A stretch of DNA of 64,000 bases from Thermoanaerobaculia bacterium (lineage in GTDB: Bacteria > Acidobacteriota > Thermoanaerobaculia > Multivoradales > Multivoraceae), in assembly GCA_963664405.1 (NCBI GenBank), contig OY761158.1, forward strand, positions 3,200,001-3,264,000. Reading direction: 5' to 3'. Position numbers and translations under genes: made by a program. Positions 48,465 to 62,048 of this stretch are shown in pieces. The notes beneath the pieces were generated by a model that made no database searches, was not told where the DNA came from, and saw only the letters and a program-made list of their open reading frames with translations. How positions within the stretch are numbered: the stretch's first letter is position 1; the number at the start of each line of letters is the position of its first letter.

Positions 48465-50009
48465 CAGAACTTGGTGAGCAGCTCGACGCGCCCACCGAAG
48501 AACTCTTGGTCGCGGTTCGGCCGCAACGGGTCGTCGGTGTACGAGCCGTATCCGTCGACGATAGCGACGAAGTGTTTTCCGAACGCGGCTTGGTAGCGGA
48601 TTGTAAGAGCTGTCGCGTCGTCGATATCGCTGGCGGTGCCCACGCGGCCCCCGATCTCTGCGATCACCTGTTTGCGAGTGTGGTCGAAGAACCACTGATA
48701 GCCGAAGGCGCCACCGGCGACATCACGCGCTCGGTTGCTCAGAGGAGCGCCGTAGTTGCCGATACCGACGGCGGCGAAATTGATTCCCGCACGGCCCAGC
48801 GGCCCGCCGGTGGCGGGCCCCCGAGCAGCCGAGGAGAACTCGTCTGCGGCAGCGAAGAGGGTGAAGTAGGCCAGATTGTGGGTGCGGTGCGGGGTCGTGG
48901 AGATCTCGGCGAAGAGCAGCGCCCCGTCGGTGGCGAACTCGGTTTCTCGTTCCGTGGCGAAAGAGCCGAGAATACGGAAAGAGGTGTTCCATTGGCCGAA
49001 GCGCTGCACCGCGCTCAGTCCTCCAGCCACCAGGTCGCCTACCAGCTCGTCCTTGGCGACGACGTAGACGAGGTCGATATCCATCGTCGTTTTGCGAAAG
49101 TCGGTGGAGGTGAGGAAGCCGAGAAGATTGTCGTTGTACTCCTGAGTGTTGTTTGTCGGTCCTCCACGGCCTACTTCGTTGAATCCCCAAAAAAAGGTCA
49201 TGCGGTAGTTGGAGGTGTTCGGTTGCAGCGTATTCCGCGTTATGCCGATGCCGTCGATCGTGTCGTTGATGAGCAGGCCTTCCTGAAAGAGAAGGGGTTG
49301 GCGGCCCACAGAGAAGCCCACGTCGGTGCGCTTGAAGTCGTTCTTCGACAGGTTGGGGAAGATCTCGCCGAAGTCGCCTTCGAAGAAGAGGCCGGTAATC
49401 TCCAGATTGAGCTCATCGACGAACTCTCCGTCGAGACCGGGATCCGGGTGGTCGAAGTAGAAGGTGCTGAAACGACCGTAGCGATCGAGTGGCCGAAGAG
49501 CGAGGACCAGTCGCTCGGTGCCGGAGAGTGAAAGATTGAAGAAGAGGTCGAGACGGTTGCTCCATTCGGTGATGCGATCGTCGCCGTCGAAGCTCTGGAT
49601 AGAGGTACGGTAAGTGCCGAAGAGGAGCAGTGAAGGCTGCCAAACAGCACCGGTCGGAAGCTTGAATCCTTTGTCGAGGGTGCCGGTACCGAGGAAGGGC
49701 TCGCCAAGCTCGAGGAGCGGTCTCGGGCGCTGTGGAAAGTCGTCGAGCTGGAGCGGAATGCGCTCATCACTGAGCCGGCTGCCGTGGTGTTTCTTGCCAG
49801 TCCCCTCGTCGCCGTCTGCATCGGTGACCTTCTCTGTCCGCATCGTCGGCACTGAGATCCGGATCGATGGCGAGGCGGTAGGCGGCAGCTGCACGGATCA
49901 GCTCGGCGGTGCTCTTCACCCACGCCTGCGAAGGGCTTGCACCGGCGACCAAGAGCGCCCCGAAGCACGGGAGCAGAGCCACCGCGTTTCTCAAGCTAGT
50001 TCCACTCAT
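48464..50009 (-). CDS. Outer-membrane beta-barrel protein; 1-nt frameshift at ~49838
   Basis: Alternating amphipathic strands, SVGRQ motif, C-terminal Phe (GGRVELLTKF); signal peptide MSGTSLRNAVALLPCFGALLVAGASPSQA lies in the adjacent frame. Confidence 0.7.
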
Positions 50010-50035
50010 TGAGCTCTTTCCGACTCCCACTTGCT

Positions 50036-51808
50036 CTACCTCTCGAGCTCGACTTCGCGTTCCCAGAGCACCAGATGACCTGCCACCACGGCCTCGGCGA
50101 CCTCTCGGGCGCTCATGAAGTAGTCGAAACCGACGTCCTTGATCTCATTCACCAGATTGATCGGGACCATCCCCGCGACGATCTCCACTTTGGCCGTGTA
50201 GGGCGCCTCGCCATTGAGCGCTGCGCCGTCGACGGCGTAGCTTGCCCAGACGCTGTCGAGCGGGGCGATGCCCTGCTTGTGCTTACGGGCGCCACCGGGC
50301 CGGCCGGTGAGGATGGTCGAGAAGGTCGAGGGTCGCAGGAAGGGGAGTGGGTCCGGAGAATAGTTCACGGCCAGCACCTGTTCTCGCTCACCCCCCCGCA
50401 CCATGCGAGTCAGGAAGCGGGATTGCAGGCTGAAGAGTTGCTTGTCGAGCGGCAGCTCACCGTTGTGCACATAGAGAGAGTGAGTGTCGCGGACGTCTCC
50501 GTTGGGGTCGAGATCGCCCGACTTGAACACCACCCGCCCGCTGCCGTCGCTGACTGTGACCCGTAGCCAGACCAATCGCTCCGCGTCGAAGCCGGTGGGA
50601 ACTCCATGACCGTCGGTTGCGTTTTTCACCTCGACCCGGAAGCGGATCTTCTTTGCGTCGACGCGCTCGACGACGATGTCGCCGATCTCGTACCCGGCCT
50701 GCAGGACTTTCTTTCGAGCCCGATCCGCCTCCGCGAGAAGATCGAGATTGTCGCTGATGACGTCTCTGGCATCGTAGCGGTCGTCGGCGGAGGTCCACCT
50801 TTCAGGGAACTCGAAGTCAGGAGGTAGCTCTTCCTCGAAGTCGTCGGTTCCCCAGCCGGCCTTCCAGTCGAAGCTGAGCCACTCGCGGATGCTGGCCATC
50901 TCCGTGGCTTCGGCGTTGTGGGGAAAGATGCCGGGGTGGACAACCGAGTAATCGGGGCCGATGAACATGTGGCCGGTTCGTTTGCGTGGCCGAGTCGGCG
51001 TGTCGCCGACGATCGCCGCCGGAGCCTCGAGGTAACCTGAGACTTTTCCGGGCTCGGTGCCCATGTGGCAGTCCTGGCAGGTGACGCCGTTCTTCGCGGC
51101 TGGCGAGGTCTTGAATTCGCTGAAGGCCTCTTCGAGCCTGAAGCCGTTGACCAGATTGACATCGTGACAGGTGCCGCAGAAACCGGGTGTGGTGAGCTGA
51201 AAGAACTGTTCTGCGTCGGTGTGAATCGCGCGACCGGCCTGACCGCGCTCGGTGTTCACTCGATAATCCTCGCTGGCGATCACCCGTTTGAGCTCCTCGT
51301 TTCCGGTGGGGCCGTAGACCGGGTCGAAGATGTCTCCCTCGACGATGGCGAGCCTGCCGCTGAGCTTGCCGTAGGCAGTGTCGAGACGATGACAAACGAT
51401 GCAGGTTACGCCTTCTCTGGAGGTGGGGTGGCGGTCCATGTTGCTCATGAACTCGGGCTCGCCCAGGTTCATGCCCACCGGCGTATGACAGCGGATGCAG
51501 AAGTCGCCGTTGGTGCCGTTGGTGATCTTGAGCACCGTGCCGTGAAAGGCATTGAAGATGGGGCTCATCTGAGCGTAGGCGTGGGGCGACACCGACCATT
51601 CCCTGTAATGGTCGGGATGGCAGGTGGCGCAGGCTAATGCCGAAGGAAAGCGGTCCTCGAGGAAAACCTGCTCATGCTCTCGATCCGCGAGCTCGGCGCC
51701 TGGGTCTCTCTGCTCCTGCGCAGACGCCGATGAGACCAGCAGCAGAAGCGAGGCAAGCGTCGGCCACAGAAGTGAAGAAGGACGAAAAAATCCCTGCCGA
51801 GTCCCCAT
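50036..51808 (-). CDS. Secreted pentaheme c-type cytochrome
   Basis: Signal peptide (SSASA-Q); CATCH, CIRCH, CIVCH, CGTCH, CQDCH; C-terminal GH..PTG domain. Confidence 0.88.
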   Translation of the reverse strand: MGTRQGFFRPSSLLWPTLASLLLLVSSASAQEQRDPGAELADREHEQVFLEDRFPSALACATCHPDHYREWSVSPHAYAQMSPIFNAFHGTVLKITNGTNGDFCIRCHTPVGMNLGEPEFMSNMDRHPTSREGVTCIVCHRLDTAYGKLSGRLAIVEGDIFDPVYGPTGNEELKRVIASEDYRVNTERGQAGRAIHTDAEQFFQLTTPGFCGTCHDVNLVNGFRLEEAFSEFKTSPAAKNGVTCQDCHMGTEPGKVSGYLEAPAAIVGDTPTRPRKRTGHMFIGPDYSVVHPGIFPHNAEATEMASIREWLSFDWKAGWGTDDFEEELPPDFEFPERWTSADDRYDARDVISDNLDLLAEADRARKKVLQAGYEIGDIVVERVDAKKIRFRVEVKNATDGHGVPTGFDAERLVWLRVTVSDGSGRVVFKSGDLDPNGDVRDTHSLYVHNGELPLDKQLFSLQSRFLTRMVRGGEREQVLAVNYSPDPLPFLRPSTFSTILTGRPGGARKHKQGIAPLDSVWASYAVDGAALNGEAPYTAKVEIVAGMVPINLVNEIKDVGFDYFMSAREVAEAVVAGHLVLWEREVELER

Positions 51809-51930
51809 TCAAGTCACCTCCACGGGGTTTGTGACGCCTAGCAGGATCGCTACCGAGGGTAGCAGAGCCGCGAGTAGCGCTTCAAGACTCACCAGCCCGA
51901 ACGCGCCATCCTCGGCGCCAGACAGCAACA

Positions 51931-54315
<2,385 letters not shown>

Positions 54316-54417
54316 AATTATGGGCGATCAGGGGCTTCAGCTCAATCGCGGACTCTCTCTTTTATCACGCGGCAGGGAGCTTCGCGACTGACCGCGCGCA
54401 TACCGAGCCAGTCCCCG

Positions 54418-55278
54418 TCAGGGGGCGAAGCTGGAGCGCGCGCGGATGCCCCAGTGGCCGTCTTGGTTGGTGACCAGATAGAGGGTGTGGAAAGTCGAGA
54501 TCTTGTTGTTCTGGGCGTCGTAGCGGCTGAAGGTGAGGGCGACGTTGACACCCTGGGTGCCGACCTGAACCGCTTTGATGGAGTCCCAGGCGCAGTGGTG
54601 CCAGCCGAAGCGGGCGGCGAAGTCGTCGAAGTCGAATGCGTCGGTGTATTCCTTGGCGGTCTTCGACACGGTCACCGTGCCACTGGCGACGCGGATGTGA
54701 GGGTAATTGAGGGTGGCCGCCCAGGCGTCTTCATCGCGGCTGTTGAAGGTGGTCATGAAATCCTTGACGACGCCTATCGCAGCTTCCTCCGCTTCTTTGC
54801 GCTCCGCTTCCGAGCTCAGCTCGAAGCCGGCCGGAAAACGCGCCTGAATCCCGATACTCCCGTCACCTTCTTCGGTGAGCACATAGGAGACCTGGTTGCT
54901 GAAGATCTGGGAGCCGTCTTTGCGATAGCGGGTGTACTTGCCGGCTACGTGCGCCTTTGTCTCGCCGAGATGGAACACTTCTCTGGTGCCCGGACGAGTG
55001 TGATCCCATCCGGTCGCGATCACCCTCTTGTAGTCGATGGTGGCGGCGTACTCTTGCGGCGTCGAGAAGACTCTTTGTTCCCCGCCGCCACCGGAAGGCC
55101 GCACATGCGGGTAGTGGAGGGGAGCGGCAAAGGCTTCGGGACTTCGACTGCTGAAGGCGGCGTGGAAATTGTCGTAGGTCTCGATCGCCTGGCGACGAGT
55201 GAGGCCCGCCGAAGTGCCGGGCAGCGCGAGGGCCGCGGCCGCGATGACTATGGCTAGGTGTGCTTGAAGGGTGTGCAT
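54418..55278 (-). CDS. Secreted protein with two tandem NTF2/SnoaL-like domains
   Basis: Internal duplication F.SR....L.YPH.R...GW.H...F/Y.RY...Y..T...G..GI.AR. Confidence 0.6.
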   Translation of the reverse strand: MHTLQAHLAIVIAAAALALPGTSAGLTRRQAIETYDNFHAAFSSRSPEAFAAPLHYPHVRPSGGGGEQRVFSTPQEYAATIDYKRVIATGWDHTRPGTREVFHLGETKAHVAGKYTRYRKDGSQIFSNQVSYVLTEEGDGSIGIQARFPAGFELSSEAERKEAEEAAIGVVKDFMTTFNSRDEDAWAATLNYPHIRVASGTVTVSKTAKEYTDAFDFDDFAARFGWHHCAWDSIKAVQVGTQGVNVALTFSRYDAQNNKISTFHTLYLVTNQDGHWGIRARSSFAP

Positions 55279-55286
55279 GAGTTCCG

Positions 55287-56072
55287 CTAGCTCGCTTTCA
55301 GGGGTTGCAGACGGGTGGGCCAGTCGAGGTCGACCACAGGCAAGATCAGATGGCCTCCGTCTTCGATGATGTCGACGTGCGAGTTTGCTAGAAGCCGGTC
55401 CATGCTTCGAGCTTGGTTCACCGAGTTGACAATGCGGTCTCGAGCGCCGGCGAAGAGCAGCACCGGCTGGCGGACGTTAGGCAGCTCTTCGCGTAGGTCG
55501 AGACCTTGGATCATGCGTAAGCGCACTCGGTATCCTTCGCCGAGACTCCAATTCTTACCGGTGCCTTTGAAGGTGGCGATTGCCTCCGGGTTCGCGCGCG
55601 AGCCGAAAAGGAAGAAGGGAGCGATCGTGCGCCTACCGACCTTGAGCATCCATGCGGGTGTGAATCGGGCCGAAGCTCGACTGAGGGCCAGCTGAAAACG
55701 CCTCCCAAAATACGGAAAACTGTTGACCAGTGCGAGACTTTGGATTCGATCCGGGAAGTCCAGGGCGGCGCGGACTGCAACAGCGCCCCCAAAAGACTCG
55801 GCGAGTAGAGACATTCGGTCGATGCCGCGAAGAGAGACTGTTTCGATCAGACTTCCCGCCAAATGCGAATAGGTATGGTGCTGGGAAGAAACGCCGAGGC
55901 TGTAGCGAACGCGAATCAGGCGGAAGCTCTCCTCCAGCTGACCCGCAGTGTTCTGCAGTAGCTGGCCGGAGCCGTCGATGCCCGGCACGTAGATCAGCGG
56001 TGGTCCGTTGCCGCGATCGGAAATGACTTCTGTAAACATGCCCGGGGAGCTGGCTCGAGGGGGAGAAGCCAT
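55287..56072 (-). CDS. Alpha/beta hydrolase
   Basis: YVPGIDG, AESFGG, GARD, GGH. Confidence 0.8.
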   Translation of the reverse strand: MASPPRASSPGMFTEVISDRGNGPPLIYVPGIDGSGQLLQNTAGQLEESFRLIRVRYSLGVSSQHHTYSHLAGSLIETVSLRGIDRMSLLAESFGGAVAVRAALDFPDRIQSLALVNSFPYFGRRFQLALSRASARFTPAWMLKVGRRTIAPFFLFGSRANPEAIATFKGTGKNWSLGEGYRVRLRMIQGLDLREELPNVRQPVLLFAGARDRIVNSVNQARSMDRLLANSHVDIIEDGGHLILPVVDLDWPTRLQPLKAS

Positions 56073-56187
56073 GCTACCGAAAAATGACTGCGACGGCTCA
56101 AATTAGATGAGGGTCGTTGTCGCTTCTCGCTTTTTGGGTTTGGTGGCTCGTGAGAGAGAATGGTAGTCGGGGTTTCGGGGAACAACT

Positions 56188-57528
56188 ATGAGCAGGGGAG
56201 GCGTGTCCACCGTCAGCCGTCGCCTGTTCGCGCTTGTAGCCGGCGCCGCTTTGGTGGCATCGGTGGGGTGCGGGCGTCCCCCAGAGCGTAAGCCGGATGT
56301 GGTGGTCATCACCATCGACACTCTGCGCCCGGATCACCTCGGCTTTCTCGGCTACCCCAGAGACACAGCCCCCTTCCTCACCGAGCTGGCCGAGCGTTCG
56401 GTGTTTTTTCGCCGGGCGTTTTCCACTTCGACCTGGACCCCACCGGCGACAGTGTCTCTGTTTACCTCACTCTACCCGGCGCAGCACGGGGTGTTGCGGG
56501 GCTTCTTCGTGGCCCAGCGCAGAGGCGAGCCTGAGCAGGCGACTCTGCGACTACGCCGAATTCCCGCGCTTGTGAAGACGCTCCCCGAGGTTTTTAGAGA
56601 GCGCGGCTACAGCACCTTCGGCATCGCGGCCAATGTCAATATTGGTCCGGAGATCGGCTTCGATCGCGGTTTCGACCACTTCGCTCGTCTCCATGAGCTG
56701 AAGCGTCGTAGCGCGGCCAGTGGCGAAGAGGTAGCGGCCAAGCTCTTGGAGTGGGAGCCCCTCCTCCGAGAAGAAGGCCCCAACTTCGTCTATCTTCACT
56801 TCAACGACCCGCATCAGCCCTACCAGAGGCGCGAGCCCTGGTATTCAGTCGATGACCCTGCGACCGATTTGGGCCGCCTCGAGGCGGCGTACGACAGCGA
56901 GATCTCCTACCTCGATCGTGCCTTGGGAGAGCTGCTCCCTCACTTCGGTTGGGATCGCGACGCGATTCTGGCGGTGGTCTCCGATCATGGCGAGGAGTTT
57001 CGGGAGCACGGCAGGGTCGGCCACGACCCTTCTCTTTACGGCGAGCTCCTTCGCGTCTTGATGATGATCCGCTACTCCGGCGTAGAGGCGAAGTCGGTCG
57101 ACGTCAATGTGAGCTTGATCGACGTTCTGCCGACGCTCGCGGACCTCGCCGATTTCGAGTCCCTGCCCTCCTGGCAGGGTCATTCGCTTGCCGGGCTGAT
57201 GCGCAGGGATGATGGGAGAGTTGCTCAAGAGCTCGAAGCCAGATCTATTTACGCGCAGCGCGGGCGCAACAGGAACGAACGTTGGGCGGTCATGCTGGGC
57301 GACTGGAAGCTCATCCAGCGGCGCCGTCGTCAGCAGCTCTTCCATCTGGCGCGGGACCCGCTCGACCAAGACGACCTCGCCGGCGAAGAGAGCGAGGTGC
57401 GAACCAGCCTGGCGGACCTGATGACCCGTTTTCGGGCGAAAATTGCCCCCTCCTCCGATCTGGAGACCGAGGTGACACTCGCGCCCGAAGAAATCGATGA
57501 GCTTCGCAGACTCGGCTATGTCGACTAA
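56188..57528 (+). CDS. Sulfatase-like hydrolase (probable lipoprotein)
   Basis: IDTLRPDH, STWTPPA (no CxPxR), DPH, SDHGEEF.EHG. Confidence 0.82.
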   Translation: MSRGGVSTVSRRLFALVAGAALVASVGCGRPPERKPDVVVITIDTLRPDHLGFLGYPRDTAPFLTELAERSVFFRRAFSTSTWTPPATVSLFTSLYPAQHGVLRGFFVAQRRGEPEQATLRLRRIPALVKTLPEVFRERGYSTFGIAANVNIGPEIGFDRGFDHFARLHELKRRSAASGEEVAAKLLEWEPLLREEGPNFVYLHFNDPHQPYQRREPWYSVDDPATDLGRLEAAYDSEISYLDRALGELLPHFGWDRDAILAVVSDHGEEFREHGRVGHDPSLYGELLRVLMMIRYSGVEAKSVDVNVSLIDVLPTLADLADFESLPSWQGHSLAGLMRRDDGRVAQELEARSIYAQRGRNRNERWAVMLGDWKLIQRRRRQQLFHLARDPLDQDDLAGEESEVRTSLADLMTRFRAKIAPSSDLETEVTLAPEEIDELRRLGYVD

Positions 57529-57762
57529 AAACTAGTCCGGCGCGGGCCCGAGCTCAAGCAGTTCTCCATGATCTGGACGGTCGTGGGCTCCGCCAGTGAT
57601 CTCGATCCTCGCTACTCTACTCGCCGTGCCAGATCCCCTGGTCAGAAGGAGGTAGGATTGCCTAGATGACCAAGGGGCGGTCCGCTGTTCACTCCCCGGG
57701 CGTCCAGCCCGGGTTGACTCCATGATGTTTCCAGCCTGTGCATCCCCGACAGCGGTTCGAGC

Positions 57763-59987
57763 ATGGCGGTCTTTCGGAGACTCTGTCGAGTGCTTCTTGC
57801 AAACGGCACTCGAAGGGTTGCCGGGGAGACTGGAGCCGAGTCCTTGTCAACCGGGCCGGTGAAGAGCCGATCGCGCGTTCGAGCCGCAGTTGCCACCCTC
57901 GGGTCGCTACGGTCACTCGCTTCCGGCCTCCGAGAGGAGGGGCCGCTTCTAGTCTCGAAGAAGACGCTGAAGAGGGTGGTGGCAATTCTGCTTACGTTCA
58001 GCTTTGTCGCGAGCCTCCGCTTCTACAGACTCGATGAGCTGCAGGGGGAGTGGTACGGCGACATATCTACTCTCTACGAGTACGTCCAAGCCGTCCGCGA
58101 TCACAACTTTCCTCCCGATCTGTATAACCTGGGCGTCGGGCCACTCTACCCTCTGGTGCTCTCACCGATCCTCGCCGTACTCGGCGAGACCTACCTGGGC
58201 ATCAAGTGTGCGGCCGCGCTGTTCAGCCTTTTCGGGCTCTTCGTCCTGTTCCTGCTCTGCCGCCGACTGCAAGGGACGGGCTTCGCCTTGGTCGCGACTA
58301 TGGTCGCCGGCACGGGCTCCTGGCTATTGGTGTTTAGCCGGCTGGGCGACATCCAGGCTCTCGTGTTGCTGTTCACGGTCGGACCCCTCGCACTCGCAGC
58401 GCACGTCATCGAGACGCGACCCGTCCATGGTGCGACCGCCACGCTTTGCGGCTTCATGACGGGGTCCTCCCTGTACCTTTACGGAGCCGCCTTTGCTGTC
58501 CCGGCACTGATCACCCTGGTAATGGTGGCCTTCCACTTCTTCACGCCCGAGCCCCGCAGGTATGAACGCAGACATCTGTGGCTCTACTTCGTCGCGCTGA
58601 CACTCGCCGTGCTTCCGATGGCGCTGAGCTACCTTCGTAGTCCAGAAGCCGTCGCCCAAGGCCACTTCGCGACTCGCCTCGTACGCGGTCGTGGCGCTGT
58701 TTCGACGGTGGCAGGCAATTTTGCCGAGGCACTCCTCGCCTACGTCACCGTAGGAGACGTCAACTCCAGAGCGAATCCTCCTCTCTTGCCGCACATCGAC
58801 CGCCTCAGCCTGCTGATGGTCGTCCTGGGGTGTGTCTTTTGGTTGGGGCGCAGCCGGAGGCGATGGGGTTTTGTTCTCATGGGCGGCTTCCTTCTCATGC
58901 ACGCGCCTTCCATACTCGCCGAATCGGCGGGAGCCAACGCCGGGCGAACGATCGCCGCTGCGCCCTTCGCCTACATCCTGGCAGCGGAGGGCTCTGGGGC
59001 TTCGCAGCTGTTATTCAGCGCCTATTGGGAAGTCCAGCGCGCGCGGCGGCGCTGGCGCTGCTCCTGATCGGAGTCACGCTCGTCAACATGGACAGATACT
59101 TCGACCGCTACATCGGCGCGCTCCCGTACGAGAACACTCACATCGCGCGATCAATTACGACCTATGTCGGCCTGCTCCCGGCGCACACCAGCGTGTATCT
59201 GGTCGGATCAACCTGGTCACCTGGCGGTATGCCTGAGCCGAAAAGCATTCGCTACGCGATGCGAGATCCGACCTACTTCTTCGAGGAGCCCGCCGAGCGT
59301 TTGGACTGTAACCGCTTACGCCAGCTTCGGCGGCCCGCGGTGCTGATCTGGCGCTATCAGTCCGAGTTACCGAGCCCCAGCGTCAGCGACTGCGGCAGAT
59401 ACATCCCCGCCCAGATTTTTAGCAGCGACAAGAATCTACCCATGTTCTACGCTGCGCCTGTGCTCAGCGAGCCCGTAGCCGGGGAGATGGTCCCTCCCCG
59501 CGTAGAGCCCACGATTCCCCCGGGAAGTCCGAACCGCTCTGAACCGACGTCGCCGGCAGATTACAGCTGGCAAACCGCTCGTGTGAGCCTGAACGGCCAG
59601 GAGGTGGAAATGCTTTACCTCCCGATCGACCAAGGGCAGCCCGATGACGCGCTGGACGGCGACGGGGCAACCCTGATGCGCGGCGCCAGGGACAACCCCT
59701 ACATTCTGGAGCTGCACTTCCCTCAGCCGACGCCGGTCGTCTCTTTCAGCCTGGATCTCGGTTTCATGCAGGAGTACTCGGTCGAAGTCTCGGTTCGGGA
59801 CCGCGACGGCAAGGTTGTCACGGTGTCGATGCGCGAGAGGCCGAACCCAGGCACTTTCCCGCGGGCTGAGTTGATCCTGCCAGCTGGGCCGCTGTCTATA
59901 AAAGTCGCTCGCATAGCGATCACGGACTTCCGTGAGCGGCCGAGGGAAGGATGGCACGTTCACGTGTACGAGTTGCGAATACGCTAG
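57763..59987 (+). CDS. GT39/ArnT-like membrane glycosyltransferase with extracytoplasmic C-domain; frameshift at ~58990, start uncertain
   Basis: LRFYRL...GD, multiple TM helices; reading continues in the 58830..59987 frame (GLWGFAA...). Confidence 0.6.
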
Positions 59988-60064
59988 TAACAGTGCCGCT
60001 CGACTCGGAGCTCGAGGAGCTCGGCACCCTCGGCGGTGTCGACTGAAAATAGCTCCGCCGTATT

Positions 60065-60670
60065 CTACGGAGAGGCCGCGGAGTAGAGCTCCACCTCGTT
60101 GAGGTGCACGTAGTCGTCGCGTTTGAGTCGAAGAACCTCCAGCCGGACTATGCTCGTGGTCACGGCTTCGGGCAGGTCGAGCTGCGACCACGCCCGCTCC
60201 GGCACGCCGCGTAGCATGTAGCGAGGGCCACCCGGTAGGGCCTCGACCAGCCAGTCATAGGGAGACCCGACAGGATAGACTCGCACCGCTGCCAGCGAGA
60301 TCTCCTCTGCAAGGTCGATGGTGATCACGAGGGGATTGATGACGTTGCTCTTGATCAGCGATTCGACGTTGCCGTCGACGATCAATCGGACGGCCGGAAT
60401 CACGCTAGGGTCGTTGGGCTCGATGCGCACGTTCCCGGCGGCAAGGCCTTCGCCGAGATCCATCATCCGAAGATCGGTCAGATCGGCCGTTCCCGCCTCT
60501 ACCACGGTAGCGGACTCCAGCTTGGGTCGTGATAGAGGTTGAGCCGGTGCGCCCGCCGCGGCTGGAGAGTTGCCCCTTGCGCCGCCCGTTTCTTCCGGCT
60601 CGAGACACCCAATCGTAGCGACCGCAAGCGTGACTAGAAAAACGATCCTTGCAACGGGAACATAGCGCAT
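60065..60670 (-). CDS. Hypothetical lipoprotein
   Basis: Lipobox-like TIGC; discoidin-like C-terminus (VHLNEVELY). Confidence 0.55.
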   Translation of the reverse strand: MRYVPVARIVFLVTLAVATIGCLEPEETGGARGNSPAAAGAPAQPLSRPKLESATVVEAGTADLTDLRMMDLGEGLAAGNVRIEPNDPSVIPAVRLIVDGNVESLIKSNVINPLVITIDLAEEISLAAVRVYPVGSPYDWLVEALPGGPRYMLRGVPERAWSQLDLPEAVTTSIVRLEVLRLKRDDYVHLNEVELYSAASP

Positions 60671-60871
60671 GCTGCACTCCTATCTCCGAGAAAGCCACCT
60701 ACTCTTGGTGCTCCCTCGCCAATTCGTGGATCGAGTCGTATCATGGCACGTCTGAAGGGGATCTTACCGGCTCCCGGATGCTACTCGACTCGGGAACAGT
60801 AGGTCCTCCGCTGCCTCGGCGAGTGGCGGTCTACCGAAAGAGATTGATCAACCAAGAGGTAGTCACGCTGA

Positions 60872-62048
60872 ATGTCAGACGAAGGGATCAAATCCGGCAA
60901 GCTCAAGATTCTCATTTGTCTGCTGTATTATGTGCCGCACCGAACTGGATTGACGCTTCACGTGCAGCGTGTCGCCGAAGAGCTCGGTGCGGCGCGGGCA
61001 CGACGTTACGGTCCTGACAGCTCGTTACAGTAGCGCGCTTCCGCGTGATCAAACGGTTCACAATGGTGTTCGTATCGTCCGGCTGTGGGCGCCGATACGA
61101 GTGAGTCGCGGGATGGTGATGCCTGCTTATCCCTGGGCGGCATTTCGATTACTCTTGCAACACGACGTCGTTAGCATTCACACACCGATGATGGAGACAG
61201 CCCTTTTGAGCGTGCTTGCGTCAATAACCGGACGCAAGGTTGTTGCCACCCATCACGGGGACTTGCTTTTGCCGAAGAGGGCTCTCAATGGTCTGATAAT
61301 GAACGTAATGTTCAGTATGTTTAGATTCATGGCGAAACGAGCGGGGCGACTGATCGCCTACAGTCACGATTACGCGGACCACTCGTACTACCTGCGCCCG
61401 GTTCGTGACAAGGTGTCGGTCATCTATCCTCCCATTGAGATTCCGTTACCGAAGGCAGAGAGGGTAGCCCAATTACGTGCGCAATGGTCACACCACGGCG
61501 GGCCGGTAATTGGTTACGCCGGGCGCTTTGTCGAGGAAAAACGCCCTGACCTCGCCATAAAGGCGCTGGGAGTCGTCAGTGGAATATATCCGAATGCGCG
61601 ATTGATCTTTGCGGGTGAGTACGACCTCGAATATGAGGACACTTGGCAGCGCCATAGTGATCTCGTGGAGGCGTATAAGGAGCGCCTTCTCTTTCTCGGC
61701 CTGATTAGCGATATGCAGGAGTTGGCGGATTTTTACGCAGCCTGCGATGTGCTGGTGTTGTCAAGCGATTCGGAGTGCTTCGCACTCGTGCAGGTCGAGG
61801 CGATGCTTTGTGGCACACCGTTAGTGATGACCGATATACCGGGCGGGCGTGTACCTGTCACGGTAACGGGGATGGGCCGGCTGGCAGAGTCTGGCAACTG
61901 GCGGTCCATTGGCGAGGCGCTGGTCGAGGTGCTCAGCAATCCGGAGAAGTATCATCGTCCACGGGAGTACGTTGAAGAGTGTTTCTCACTTCGAGAGACC
62001 GTAGACCGTTATGAGAAGCACCTTAGAAATCATACAAGGGCCTCATGA
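60872..62048 (+). CDS. GT4 glycosyltransferase; 1-nt frameshift at ~60986
   Basis: MSDEGIKSGKLKILICLLYYVPHRTGLTLHVQRVAEEL + extra G + VRRGHDVTVL; GRFVEEK, ECFALVQVEAM. Confidence 0.82.

Noticed and set aside
51809-51930. Possible short hydrophobic peptide ORF on the minus strand upstream of the pentaheme gene
   Set aside because: Only a TTG start, about 38 codons, no RBS or homology evidence
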